The notes below the pieces were generated by a model. The model was not told the DNA's origin and searched no databases. It was given only the letters and a program-made list of their open reading frames with translations. Positions 47,248 through 59,449 of a DNA stretch of 64,000 nt are shown here, piece by piece. The translations under genes were made by a program, and so were the position numbers. Source of the stretch: Basidiobolus meristosporus CBS 931.73 (lineage: Eukaryota; Fungi; Basidiobolomycota); contig MCFE01000134.1 of the NCBI GenBank assembly GCA_002104905.1, positions 94,014-158,013 on the forward strand, in the 5' to 3' direction. Position 1 is the first letter of the stretch. The number at the start of each line of letters is the position of its first letter.

Positions 47248-48771
47248 TCACTCTATGCTAAGACCAGTGGCATCTCGCCAAGCTTTGATCATATAGGGTG
47301 ATAGGTAGTTTTCGAATTTAGAAATTAGTTCTGGTATATAGGAAGCCTTAAGAATGACTGTTAGTTGTCGATGAAATGGCGTTGATGGTGTATAAGGCAC
47401 TCTCGATGCATCATCAGTGGGAGGTATGTATGAGCATAGCAAATTGGTGCTAAAAGTATCGGCTTTCCAGAGCTCCAATAGTCTACAAAGCCATCTCACA
47501 CGGCCTCTATCATTTACCGCGAAGTCGGCCTTGAAGGTTGTTGGCTGCAATCCGCATAGAAAATTTTCCGTCGCTTCACCAAACATCTGTAGTAACGTCG
47601 GGTCAGTGATTTCGAAAAATCGGGTGATTGGGATGGAACGGTCTCTCCATAATGACATGCTCACAAAGAAGCCCACCATTTCAGCATCTGGGGATTTTTC
47701 ACTCAACAGCTCATCGAACGCCTCAAGAAAATTCTTCTCCGTAGCGTTTGCCACAACTTGCATCTTATGCCTTCGACACCAACCTAGCATCATATCTTCA
47801 AAGAGTTTCTTAGATTCGGGGATTTTTGAAAGCAGAAAATCTACCGAGTTGGGGAACCATGAGCCGCTCTCGGAAGTGAACATCTCCTGGATAGCCTGCT
47901 TTGCTAATTCAGCAAGATTTGTGTTTGCCAGAGACTCGGCCCAGTTCTGGTTGATAAACTCCAATGTCTTATCCAAGCCATCGTGATTAACAAACCAGAC
48001 CAATACATTTAATAAGATCTGCTCGGACAGACTAATACATAGCCCAATCTTCCGAAGTTTAACCAATAGCTCGTAGCACTCTTCGGGCTGACTGTAGCTA
48101 TTGGTTAATAATGCGTAAGTTATATAGGGGTCTAACTCATCAAGATAGACCTGATATTCTATCATGTGTTCAACCACACGTGACTCGTGGGTTATCAGGT
48201 GTATCATGTATCTGCCGATTGCCTGCTCCAAGCTAAATTGACTGCTGATGCATGGCGAATAAAGAAACAATAGACTCTGACGGGTAGGGAGAATACAATA
48301 GTTAGTCAGTAAGTCAATTACCTTCTCAAGCCCCGGTTCCTCCACCCTATGAAGAGGCTGTAGGAACTGGAATGGTATCAGACACTCCCTGTTCAGATCC
48401 TGTTTTCCGTGCTTTACCAGTCCCTCCTGCAAAATCAACCCAATGTCGTTCCACAGCAGCGTTTTCCAATGGAGATGGTTTCGTTTGATTTGCGAAGTCA
48501 CTATTTCGTGAACGAATATTTGATAAAACCATATGTCATTTTGAACGCCGCGGCTCAGCAATCGCTGATATATGTCGTAAGACAAAAAAGGCAGATGGCG
48601 CTTGGCAACCTGCCATAGACCATGGACTCCGTATTCGTTAAAGTAACTATTGGCGATGACCAAAGGATTTAAAGCCACCTGGTGGAATTTCCGGCATACA
48701 GCTGCGTACCATGGCGGATGATCCAAAAAGAGGAATATCCGCTCTAATGTATCTGCATTGAGAGACTCCAT
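47248..48771 (-). CDS. Hypothetical protein with an F-box-like N-terminus
   Basis: 507-aa intronless ORF. LNADTLERIFLFL...AAVCRKFHQV resembles an F-box; the rest is helical and unassigned. Confidence 0.75.
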   Translation of the reverse strand: MESLNADTLERIFLFLDHPPWYAAVCRKFHQVALNPLVIANSYFNEYGVHGLWQVAKRHLPFLSYDIYQRLLSRGVQNDIWFYQIFVHEIVTSQIKRNHLHWKTLLWNDIGLILQEGLVKHGKQDLNRECLIPFQFLQPLHRVEEPGLEKVIDLLTNYCILPTRQSLLFLYSPCISSQFSLEQAIGRYMIHLITHESRVVEHMIEYQVYLDELDPYITYALLTNSYSQPEECYELLVKLRKIGLCISLSEQILLNVLVWFVNHDGLDKTLEFINQNWAESLANTNLAELAKQAIQEMFTSESGSWFPNSVDFLLSKIPESKKLFEDMMLGWCRRHKMQVVANATEKNFLEAFDELLSEKSPDAEMVGFFVSMSLWRDRSIPITRFFEITDPTLLQMFGEATENFLCGLQPTTFKADFAVNDRGRVRWLCRLLELWKADTFSTNLLCSYIPPTDDASRVPYTPSTPFHRQLTVILKASYIPELISKFENYLSPYMIKAWRDATGLSIE

Positions 48772-49228
48772 ATCATCTTCAGGTTTAGGCTAGGCTTTCG
48801 ATTCTTTAGATATCACCAAGGATAGAGGTAAAATGAAAAACTAGAAAGAATCCTTATGAAGTCCTGGATTGCAATGGCTTAAACGATGGAGACGTAGCCT
48901 TTCCAAGATTTATATGTTTGTTTGGAGTCACGTTGGTTTGGACTGCCCCTACTCAACTTTGAAACATAATGAATCGTCATCGGGCCTTACCCCTTTACTT
49001 CATGAATACCAGAACATATATATATACTCGTTATGGAGGCTTACATCAAGCTCAGTTGAAATATTCAGATCACATGACTAACCCTCTCTTCCTATATTGT
49101 GAAATGGTGATTTGAAGCTCGTTTATTTAATGCACCGCAGATGATTAGTCTACCAAAATATTAGAGAATAACTATTAAATCGATTTCATTATGAATCAAT
49201 ACTGATGTAATGTCTGACACTCTCATCT

Positions 49229-50353
49229 TTACAGACTAGCAGTAATCCCAAGGAGAGCACTGAAAGCAACCAACATGCCGGCCACTTGAGTGGATGTACC
49301 AGAGTTGACATTCTGGATAGTAGCAGTTGCTGTGGTAGAGGCGGAAGATTTAGTGACCTTGGCAGTGGACAAGCTTTGAGCAGATGAAGTAATATTTTGA
49401 GCAATGCTGGAAGTAGCAGAAGCACTAAGAGTAGCACTTGACACGGAGGTTGCAGTGGCAGTAGCGCTGGCAATGGTGTTGGTGCTGTTAGAGTTCTGGT
49501 ACATAGGACTGTCAATGCAGGAATTAGCAAGGACAAAATGGAATCCGTGATCAGCCAAAAGCTTCTCAATCTCTGGGACCTTCTTTACGGTTTCAACGTA
49601 AAGGTCGTGTTGAAGAGAGACAAATCCAGGATCGTTATGAGCGTTTAGAACTGTTCCCTTGGAAAGGGCATTCTGGAAAGATTCTAAGATCTTGGAAGGA
49701 TCTTGCTTCTTGGCGACAATATCCCAATCAAGGGTGTCCATGTTCCATAGAAGGTTGTGATAGCCCATGGCAGAGAGAACTGCTTTGACTCTGTCATCAG
49801 CTTCACCATAGGGTGGGCGAATGAAAGCAGTCTTTGAGCCAGTAACGTTGAAGATAGCATCCTCCGCGGCGCGCACCTCAGCAACGATTTGCTCGTTGGA
49901 GAGGGTCATCAAGTGAGGATGAGACCAAGTGTGTTGTGCGATCAAATGTCCAGCATCATGAGCCCTTTTCACGACTTCAGGGAACTTGATAACTTGAGAG
50001 CCGACCATGAGGAAAGTTGCCTTCACCTTTGCAGCATCAAGTATGTCAAGAAGTTCAGCGGTATGTTCAGATGGTCCATCATCGAAAGATAAGGCCCATT
50101 CTCCTTTCTTACACCCGTAGACGTCCTCGGGTCTAGCGCAATTACCGCAACTTTCCCAGCATTTTTCACATTCGTTAGGACCACAGTTTGTGTTAGCGCA
50201 GATACCAGCCCCAACTTGCTTTGTAGGGATATTGGGCACTTTAGACAGATCGTATTGTTTGGTCCATGAGGGATTGATGGGTGCTAATGGGTTTTGTGCG
50301 ATGGCCTGAGAGATACAAGCAGCGATAAGAAGTGAACCAGCTTGGAACTTCAT
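49229..50353 (-). CDS. Chitin/polysaccharide deacetylase (CE4, NodB), secreted, probably GPI-anchored
   Basis: Signal peptide, SFDDGP, HTWSHPHL, RPPYG, WNMDTLDW, LQHD, Ser/Thr-rich tail and hydrophobic C-terminus. Confidence 0.95.
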   Translation of the reverse strand: MKFQAGSLLIAACISQAIAQNPLAPINPSWTKQYDLSKVPNIPTKQVGAGICANTNCGPNECEKCWESCGNCARPEDVYGCKKGEWALSFDDGPSEHTAELLDILDAAKVKATFLMVGSQVIKFPEVVKRAHDAGHLIAQHTWSHPHLMTLSNEQIVAEVRAAEDAIFNVTGSKTAFIRPPYGEADDRVKAVLSAMGYHNLLWNMDTLDWDIVAKKQDPSKILESFQNALSKGTVLNAHNDPGFVSLQHDLYVETVKKVPEIEKLLADHGFHFVLANSCIDSPMYQNSNSTNTIASATATATSVSSATLSASATSSIAQNITSSAQSLSTAKVTKSSASTTATATIQNVNSGTSTQVAGMLVAFSALLGITASL

Positions 50354-53300
50354 CCTTTCCTGAAGAATTGATATACTAGATAGGGGAATAAAATTAGTGT
50401 GGTGGAGAAGGATGCATTGTACGGTATTTATATAACATAGCCAGTCAGATAGATCATTGGGATTTTCTACCTGCCACTATTGTAACAACATCAGCGTGAT
50501 ATTTCTTGGATGGAATCGACTGGAGAAAAAAGACTCATGCTACAATCAACGTAAGTGGCAATATTATTTTTAACCGAGGCTGATGTTGCCGAAAATGGAG
50601 TTGATTATTGCCTGGCAATATAATGTGCTTAATTCTGTTAAGCGTAAATAGCGGGCCAGCCCTGAATTCAGTAATGCATCACAGGGTAAAGGTTTTGCCG
50701 TATATATTGTTCCATTAAGTGACCTTTCATCACCTTTAGGTTTCCCGAAGAGTATGACTGCAATTGAGCACTAAACATCCAAGTGACCTAACATTCTCTT
50801 CAACAGGATGCACAATGATTTTCATGTATATTTTTGCTGCGCCAAAGGAAGCCGGGGCAACAGCAATTATGATCTAATCTCCATATTTGGAAGGTAAGAT
50901 TGAAAGTCAGAGCCATATCAACGATGATATCAGGTTAAATCTAAGGAAGTTCCTCAAGAAGGAAATCACATCATCAGTTTTGGGATTTCATTTGTCGTTC
51001 TAGGAATCATTATCTTTGTACAAAAGTGCATTGGCTAATAGGATCCCTCGTGGTTAATTTCCTTCACTTGCACCGATGCACTGAATATATTCGAGTAACC
51101 ACAATTCGAGTCCTGGTCGGATAAACAGATAAACCAGACGAGTTCTAGGGCCCACCGAGTGGAGGTAGAATTTGTCGAACTTCGGTATGTTGATTGCCAA
51201 CAGCTGAAGCTGGGTTCTTTGGGTTCCCTTATATGGACGAGGTACACATCATGTGGGAGGAAACTATATCACTTTCCCGTAGGGATGACAACCGATGACA
51301 TCATTCGGTGGGATGAAGCTTAAGGCTGTTAGCATCAAAAACGACAACGCCGCCATGTCCCTGACATGCAACTAAGCGTATCGTCGATATGATTGTTTTC
51401 TCACCGCTCTTTCGAGCTAATTCCTATGACTTGGTCATTTTTAGAAAACATCGCTCAATCTTCAACACTGGCCTGCTAAATGCAGGGAGCTATCTTTAGA
51501 ATTCACATTCCTGTAATATCAATGGGGTAACCATACGCCACGGATGATCATTGATCGCGGCCAAATCGATTAATCCTATCCTCCGCGATCGACTCTGATC
51601 CACAGCTTCTACGTGACGTCTTTCCCCTACAAAGTTCATAAATGCGCATGACCTTGATAGAATTCATACCTGTAGTGGCATCAATGATAGAGACTACCAA
51701 GGACTACTATGTCCAAATAAATGAATCAACTTGCACCTGCATACCTGTTGAGGCATACAAACATCAAATGTTTTGTGTCTGGTGAGAAACCTGATATGCT
51801 GGATTTTTGCATAACCGCCCAAACCATGCCAATCACTTTGGACCAATGACTGAAAAGGTGGCATTTATTTTGTCAAACCAGGTGGTAAAATTTGGTGCAT
51901 CCGCTCTTCTGGTCTTTTGCAATGGAGGTGTTTTACACATCCAAGCAAATACATAGTTATCAGCGATATTTTCCAATCTGCTGCCCTTTGATTGGAATGC
52001 AACCAAGAGATTTACACCCTGCAAACTTGGGTGCTCCAACTCCCCTAGTGGTATATCAGTAGTGTACCCTGCATTTCAAATTTGGCAGTAGAAATAAGCC
52101 ATAGCAAATAGCCGATTTTTTGAAATCGAATAAATGGTTACAGGTGAATCGTAAAATAAATATTCCTAAAAATGCCAATGAAACATCAACCGAGATCTTT
52201 GAAGATGGTTCGGAACTGTCTGCAGAATGGAGTTACGCTTGAAGATTACCAACCAAATACTGGATGTTTCTCGCCAATTGCATAGATTTGTGTGACCGTG
52301 AGAGTGTTACTAATACATGTGCAGTTACTTCAACCCTTGTCTTGTAATTGAGTTGGTGCTTGGAAATTGTTGAGATTATTTCGCATAGCACATAAATTAT
52401 TTAAGTTTCTACTTCACGAATTCTTTCATATCCTGCGTTAATAATTCAGAATTTAGCGATTAGTTAAGCCCTGGAAGCACTCAAGACTTTGCTCTTGTAC
52501 CAATGTCCCCAAAATTTGCGTAAAGCTCCCTTAAAACATTCCTATAATTAGCTCTTCGAAGTACGCCTAGAAATACACACTTCTTTCAGGCTTAATAAGC
52601 CAATTGGTGCATATACATATCTTCTGTCCACCAATTTTATTTCAATACACCTAAAAATCTTGTAATAGTATTTGTTGCCAGCCTATTGAGGTCAAATACG
52701 GTATTATACCCTTCGTAATACTCAAATCATCGAGCTGCATAGCTGAGGATGATGCTAGGAAGCTGTGGGCACAGCTTATTGAAAATGGTGGTGGGAACCC
52801 AGAAGTGATTTGGAGTATTTAGAATAAAGTGTGATTTTTTCATCGGTAGATCGAAAGATAGATTAGGATGCTTTGAAGGGGTTCTAAAGTGGCTATATAC
52901 ATAATTTGCGGCTTTTTGAAGTGTCTTCAAATTTACAAAGTTGGAGAGTTTCCATTATTTCAATGAGTTATGGATATCATGCTAACTTCCTTATTGGTTA
53001 AGATACATCTATTACGCATGAAGAGAGTGCTATATCCGAATATAGCAACAATTGTATACTATTCCGACTAATTTCAGCTGAGTTTTGGGTCCTCCAGACA
53101 CTCAAGCTTGCAATTTTTAATCGTTGTAGGCCTTCAACAACTTTCAAAGTTAGTGTATTTTGCAAGCCCTTCATCAACAGCACTTTATCAGCGAAGTTGG
53201 AGGTAATATTCCGGAATATTGTAGATGCCCTTGATATTACCATAATTATCTTGTTGATATACTCCAAGCCAATTGTTTGACATCCTGTAGTGAGCTGTAG

Positions 53301-53399
53301 GTATTGAAAGAAATCTCTAGCAATACCATACTTCAATGCTTTATACATTGACAACAGACACATGATTTTGGCCTTCAAAACCTGGAGGCAAGATCTTGG

Positions 53400-55380
53400 A
53401 TAAATTGGGTCATCCTCACTAGTTACAATAAATGATAGTGGCTGAGAGTACTGAGTAAAGAAATAACTAATGTCCTACAAGCTAAATCCCAATGGTATAT
53501 TTGAGAATCTAGCACAGAGTAGACTCATCTGGTATATAGGTAACTTAGGTGCTAGGCAAGCAAATGAATCTCAATTGTGGATTTAATATGGATATTGATG
53601 GGTTTTTGTGGTGTTCAGCTCTAAGTGCAGCAACTGAGAAGCAATATATTTAATCCAGGCTAGATTTCTGCCTTTTACATTACATCTGAACACCTAGATA
53701 TTTACATAAACATAGTGCCTCAATTGTATTATTTCCTGCTCAAATTCCTTATTCAAAATCTCAAACTTGGAACTTGTATGATTCTTTGCTGGTATTCTAA
53801 CAGTAGGCATGCAGCTGGTGTTTTTGCTTCAAATCTTTAGTTGCAATTTTTGTTGAGAGCAGTGTGTAGCTGATCAACAAGTTTAGTATGAATGCTAGTT
53901 GACCTGGTCTCCACCTAAAAGCTATTTCTGCTTGTCTGCCAAATAGATTGTACCCAAGATATTGAGAGTTGTAAGTTTAGAGAAAGTTTGGAATTCTGTT
54001 GATATTATGATGGTATTCTGCTAGCCATTTCTTAGTTTTTTTATAGGGATTCTTTGCTATGTTAATATAGCAAGTGGTCTTTGCTCAATGACTCATTGAA
54101 TAGTATTGTCACTGGCTATACTCTGCTGATTGTCCTAGTTGTACAGGTCATAAAGGTCAGCTCACACATGACTGAACCAAGTATTTCAGGCTCTATTCTT
54201 TTATATTGATGTTATCAAGTGTACTGTGCTTGCTTACTTTATAAAGTAGTACCAGATTTCTTTTTACTGCACTTCTATCACAATATGTGTCATATCTAAT
54301 ATCTTATACTCTGTAAAGCACAGTGGCTTTATCAGAATCAAGCTTCAAATGATCAATATTTCTTTGGTGCCACTGAGTTAAAAAATGAAAGGCATACTTT
54401 TGAAAGTCTTGTAGCAGAAAATACATAGATTATGTCCTACAAAGACCAAAAATATGTAATCAAAGTTTAAGAGCTTTGGGACAACATAAAACATTTCCTA
54501 TAAGCAGCTGGTATCTAGAACAGCAAAGTTCAGTAGGTCTCTGTCATGATCATGTGACATCATTGGCCTTTCATGGTCTGGCCAAATCAAGTTGGTGAAG
54601 AAATCCTGGTTCCTTCTAGAAGGTCTACTTCAATCTAGCAACTTCTGGAAAGCTCCAAGTCAGCATTACACAATGGAACATTCTATGGTAGCATCCCTTT
54701 GGAATTTGTGTAGCACAATTCCATAAATAGTGATTTCATGTCACATGATCATCTGGCTCTTGACATATCCCCATGTGATATTCTAGTCTGTTCTTTAGTA
54801 TATTTCTATCTCAGCATAGTGACTGTGCTTCACCCCATTACCCCATCAGTATTAGCCAATATCTCTTGGCATCCATATTGCCAAAAAGTAAATATATATT
54901 TCCATCCCCCCTATGTATTCCTAAGTCTGATAAACACAGGCCTTAAATAAACAGCCTTGCCTTGGAAATCCACCTTGCCTTGTTGATCCACACCTAAGTC
55001 CTTTCCTGGTCCTGCCATGTGTCTATTCATAACAGTCTCAGCAGACAATAGGGCTACTAAGCTATGCTCTACATGACCAAACTAGAATACTTAGACATAA
55101 TATACAATTGGCAAAAGGAGTAAGCATGTTAAGGGTAGAGCAGTCAAATGCTGGCAGGGAGTCAAGCCTAATTTCAATTGTTGATATCCAATATTCTTGC
55201 CATCTGGAGAGTGTATAGGCATACTTTCCAAAAGTATTCGAGCCTGAGCTCCACTTACCAAATCTGTTATCAGTCAGCTTGTTGATTATCAGTAAATTAG
55301 TATCTAAGAAAATGAGCAAAAAACACCACAAATACATTGTATCTAAACATCATATGTTATATCAGGGTGCATGGCATTTT
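53400..55380 (-). mobile_element. Degenerate non-LTR (LINE) retrotransposon: AP endonuclease and RT remnants
   Basis: CpG-depleted. Minus-strand fragments FLDTNLLIIN...WSSGSN...KYAYTLSR (endonuclease-like), TIIISTEFQTFSKL, RNSFxVETRSTSIH..LVDQL and KYLGVQ (RT-like), in LINE order. Confidence 0.55.
54410..55034. mobile_element. Solo LTR (625 bp) with 4-bp TSD GTCT, inserted in the LINE
   Basis: TGTAGCAG...CATAACA termini. GTCT at 54406-54409 and 55035-55038. Confidence 0.75.
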
Positions 55381-58300
55381 AATGAGTAATACTTCAAGAA
55401 AATCCCAACAGAAAACTTAGCTGGGAAGCAATAAGACCCATAGACCAGGATCTAAGTGACCAAGTAGTTTTAATAATCTGGCGTAAATACAAGAGTAGTA
55501 ACATCATTTTGGCATTTTCCTTAATAATGAGTTTCAATTTGAATTGCTCGAGGATACAAAGCATATCTGAATAATACTCATGTGCATGTTGCTGGATACC
55601 AGAGGTTGTTGAACATGATTTGGAGAGCTAGAGCGTTTCATGAAACTCGCTTGATAATTCATTGAATCCAGTTATATTTTTGTATACCGTTGCAAAAGCA
55701 ATAATACAGGCATATTAGGGGAGGCCCTAGGAAGCTATGTCAAAGGTTTGGTCATTTGGTCATATTTAGAGATTTGATTATACACAGGACTCCGCTTTGC
55801 TGAAATACAGCAAACCAAATCTTAGGCCAATATTCAGCAATCTAACCATTTGCATACAATTTATGAATTGCGAATAGCTTAGGTATCGAACTAAAACTTT
55901 CAAATTGTTTGTAGATTGCTTATCCAGCGGTTCATGTTATACACAATAGGTAGCATCACTAGAGCTAGATGAAATATATAAAATACTATTGATGCCTATA
56001 ACGATCAATTGCAACTCATGTCTGACACCCCGCACAGTTACCGAATTTTGGCAAGTATATCTCGAGCAGAGAATTATACACGGAATATAAGGAACAGGTG
56101 CAGGCTAGCGTAAAGTATTCCTTCCAGAAGCAAATAATAGTGTAAAGAATTCGCGTACTCCAAAGACCTATTAGTAGTATTCCTTGAAGCAGCTAGAGCA
56201 GTTAGGGGATATGACTTTTCCCCATATACCTCTTTTTCTCATTAGCTTACAAATTGAGTCAATCACTTGCAAGCAATCTTGTTCACACTGATTCTTAATT
56301 GGAATACGGACAATAGAGAAGAGGTTCCATATATTGACCATGCTGAATAACCGGAATTCCTCGAAATGTTGACCTTGATCGCAGTTTGTAAAATACAGCT
56401 TGTCAATATAATTGAGACTGACTGGGATAACAAGGAGCACCCGATTTTAGCCAAACATTGAAATACTGAAGTACGCTACACGAATGCACTGGAGCATTTA
56501 TGAAGTCATAGGAATTTGGAACCCTACATAAAGTATCTCTTGAAATGTGTCTGTCGTACACGGTACCTAAATGCTTCGGAGGGTTTGAGTGTAGGAAACG
56601 AGCACTATGGAGGACCACTGGGGCAGGTAATTCCGTAGTAGCTCTATTGAATTCCGTGGCATCACGTGGAAGTGCAGTTTGGATATATTCAAACTTAATG
56701 TAAATGGTCATATGACATTCAAAACTAGTGCCAATCCAGATTTCATACAGCGTCGACCATTGCTGCATATCCACATCAAATTCTAAGGTCTTCCTTCATT
56801 CGAGTATTCCAGAATGTTAGTGGATTGCAGACGCCACAATTTAGCCATGGACGTATCGCCAACTGGTATGTATCTTGCTGGTTTTAAGATGCATGGCTGC
56901 TGGATTTTCCCGTGTTTGTTAAATTACTGTCGGTATAATTGTATCGATTCCAGAGTGTAAGATTTCCCTTGATAATAGGAACAGATTCCCCGAATTGCCC
57001 GTACTCTAACAAAGGCGTCCTAGTTTGTCGCTGATTCTAGGCCGGAGCTCTTGCTTCCCACGACTAATGGATCCCATGTGAGAGCAATCGGATATAATGG
57101 GGGCTTTACCAATTCTGACGATATCTTACTAGCTGACTTTTGGTCAGTAAATGTTATGAATGCTCCGATATCCGTTGCTGCGGAGTACTGTTGCCTTCCT
57201 CCCGTCGAAAAATTTGAACTGCAGGTGGAAAATGCTTCGGACCGAACTTGTAACGATCCTGTTTCCCAATAAATGCCAATATCTCTCTAGGGGAATGGGC
57301 GTGTGAGCTTTGAAAAATAGCCATATTCCTGCTTTGCTGAATCAAGCCTAACATATTCAAACAGTGCAAGGCACGATACCTATCTCTCGCAATCAACAGC
57401 GGGGCTACTCCGTGCAGTAAAAATCAACAGCGTGATATACCTATCTGGGTAGCTCTAATTTACACAAATGTTAGGCTTCTCTACATCGGCGCTGAGTACA
57501 CCTCCACTTCATTGACGTCGGAAGGATTTTTAGCGGCTATTCCTACTCACACTGCTTGGATGACTTCGCATTGAATCAAGCTCACGAACCTGTTTTGTAG
57601 AACATTCCGAATAAAGTGCTCTGCCTCCTACTTGTTATTCAAACAGAAAAGCCTACTTCTGACGCAGTGTTTCACGAGGTTTGATGCTGAATCTCACATC
57701 TTCTGTCAGGCGACCTAGAAAAGGCCAATCAAGTGGAGAGCACTACGATGACCTACGCCTTCGTCTGATAAGCTATATGGGGAGCTATCCTGGATATGCC
57801 TGATAGGATATCGGCTGCTCACAGGGCAATTAAGCTCGTAATACAGTTTAAGATTTCAAAGTAACTGGTGATAGAGCTAAATTTCAGCATCTGGCAGATG
57901 CTCCGTAATCATTATGGAGAATTATGGCATAACCAAACACCCTGTAAGCACAGTATTCTCCCCGATTCTGATGAACTTTAATCTGGGAAACATCCAATAA
58001 ATCATCCTCTGGTCAAGATCGGCTAGTGACGTAGCTGATAATGCTCCGCACCCCCTTCGGGAAGGGCCCTTTCCATCTCGGGTAGAGGAATGCGCTTTCT
58101 TAGAGGTATACAGATGAAAATCCCTCTTGAATGCGAGGAAAGTGGGGGAGCAGCTTGACTCTGGCAGATATTCTTCTCTAGCCTGATGCAACTCCAGCTA
58201 ACGGTAAACGAGAAAGGATCCATAAATTTGGTGAAACCGGATTCTGGTTCTGTAGGAGAGGTGGTGAAATTAGGCTGACCTTTCGTCCCCTACCATTGCG

Positions 58301-59449
58301 AAAAGAGCTAGACGGATTTCTGGAGCATTACATCCATGAGGCCCTGGTTGGTTTGGATGTACGGAGCAATGCATGTGAAAGCCGTCATTGCAGCTGGATG
58401 GAACTGCGGTGCTGCAGGATGGTCAAGCAATCCATTCTAGATTCATCAATGTCAGACCACCCCATATGCCACATTAAATGCTGAAATTCATAAGAGCTCA
58501 CCGAGCCATTTTCTGCCCTCCATCTGCTGCTCCCTGGTTACACACAGCTTACAAATAGACTGCGGCCAGCCAAAATCAATGCGGAAAGCTTTTAATTTAT
58601 CAAGTGAGACTGAAGCTTTTCAATATATCGGAAGGGATACATGGAGAGTCTAGGAACTAAGGTTTCGGACTGCTTGGGAACACTGAATGCGGATGGACGG
58701 ACTCACGAGGACTCATCCACGGACTACAACCCCTTCCCCGCGTTTAGGTGTCTGTACCAAGAGCAGAGATGGCCAGTCGCCACTTCAACTGGCATTTGCT
58801 GCGGAATCAAACGTGTTCTGCAGCGTTGCTGGGCACATCATGGGAGAATGCCACCGTTTAGCCACCCTAATCGCAAGGAGGCGTACGCGGAGAAGCCCGT
58901 CCTAAATATACACTCAACTGAAAATCAGTTGATGCAGGGTTGTATGCATCTAAATGTCTCAATGACCCAGCTTCCTAGTGGGTATCCTAGCCCCGACTTC
59001 ATATAATATTCGCTTAATCAGTCCCTGTTACCTTGCTTGCTGTTTACCGAGGATCCCATATTAGGGAATCGTGACAGCCATGATGTAAACGGCCATCAGC
59101 TGACTCTTGGTATCTCAGTCCATAGATCTAGGAGTGGCTAATTCTGTATAGTGCTTACTGCGATTATAAATGTCGTACCAATTGTATCCAATTCAAATGC
59201 GTATATTTATGCGAATCAATCGGGATCAGCCATCGCCAGCACTAACTGCTGGAAACCTATAAAGCTCGGCGGAGTTGCGACTTTGGACTCTGTCGAACCT
59301 CACCACTTTTGGTTTTTACGATTCTTGATTGAGTCCGTGTCATGCTTAATTGTTGACCTGTAACTTCCAATACTCCTCCTTTACTTATTCGCTTCCCCTC
59401 CACTCTTACTGTATATTTATCGCCTTCCGCTCCGGAACTCAACCTATCA

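Larger units (their letters stand above)
52200..57400 (-). pseudogene. Decayed unidentified coding sequence, interrupted by a LINE remnant
   Basis: Stop- and frameshift-ridden but protein-like frames on both sides of 53400-55380 (52998..53378, 52727..52930 and its continuation, 56403..56774, 57154..57396). No family recognised. Confidence 0.35.

Noticed and set aside
51650-52039. Possible WD40 remnant (MVWAV...FSPDTKHL) on the minus strand
   Set aside because: Too short and degenerate to support a call.
58687-58905. DGQSPLQLA, an ankyrin-like string in a 72-aa ORF
   Set aside because: Single partial motif with no further repeats or gene structure.
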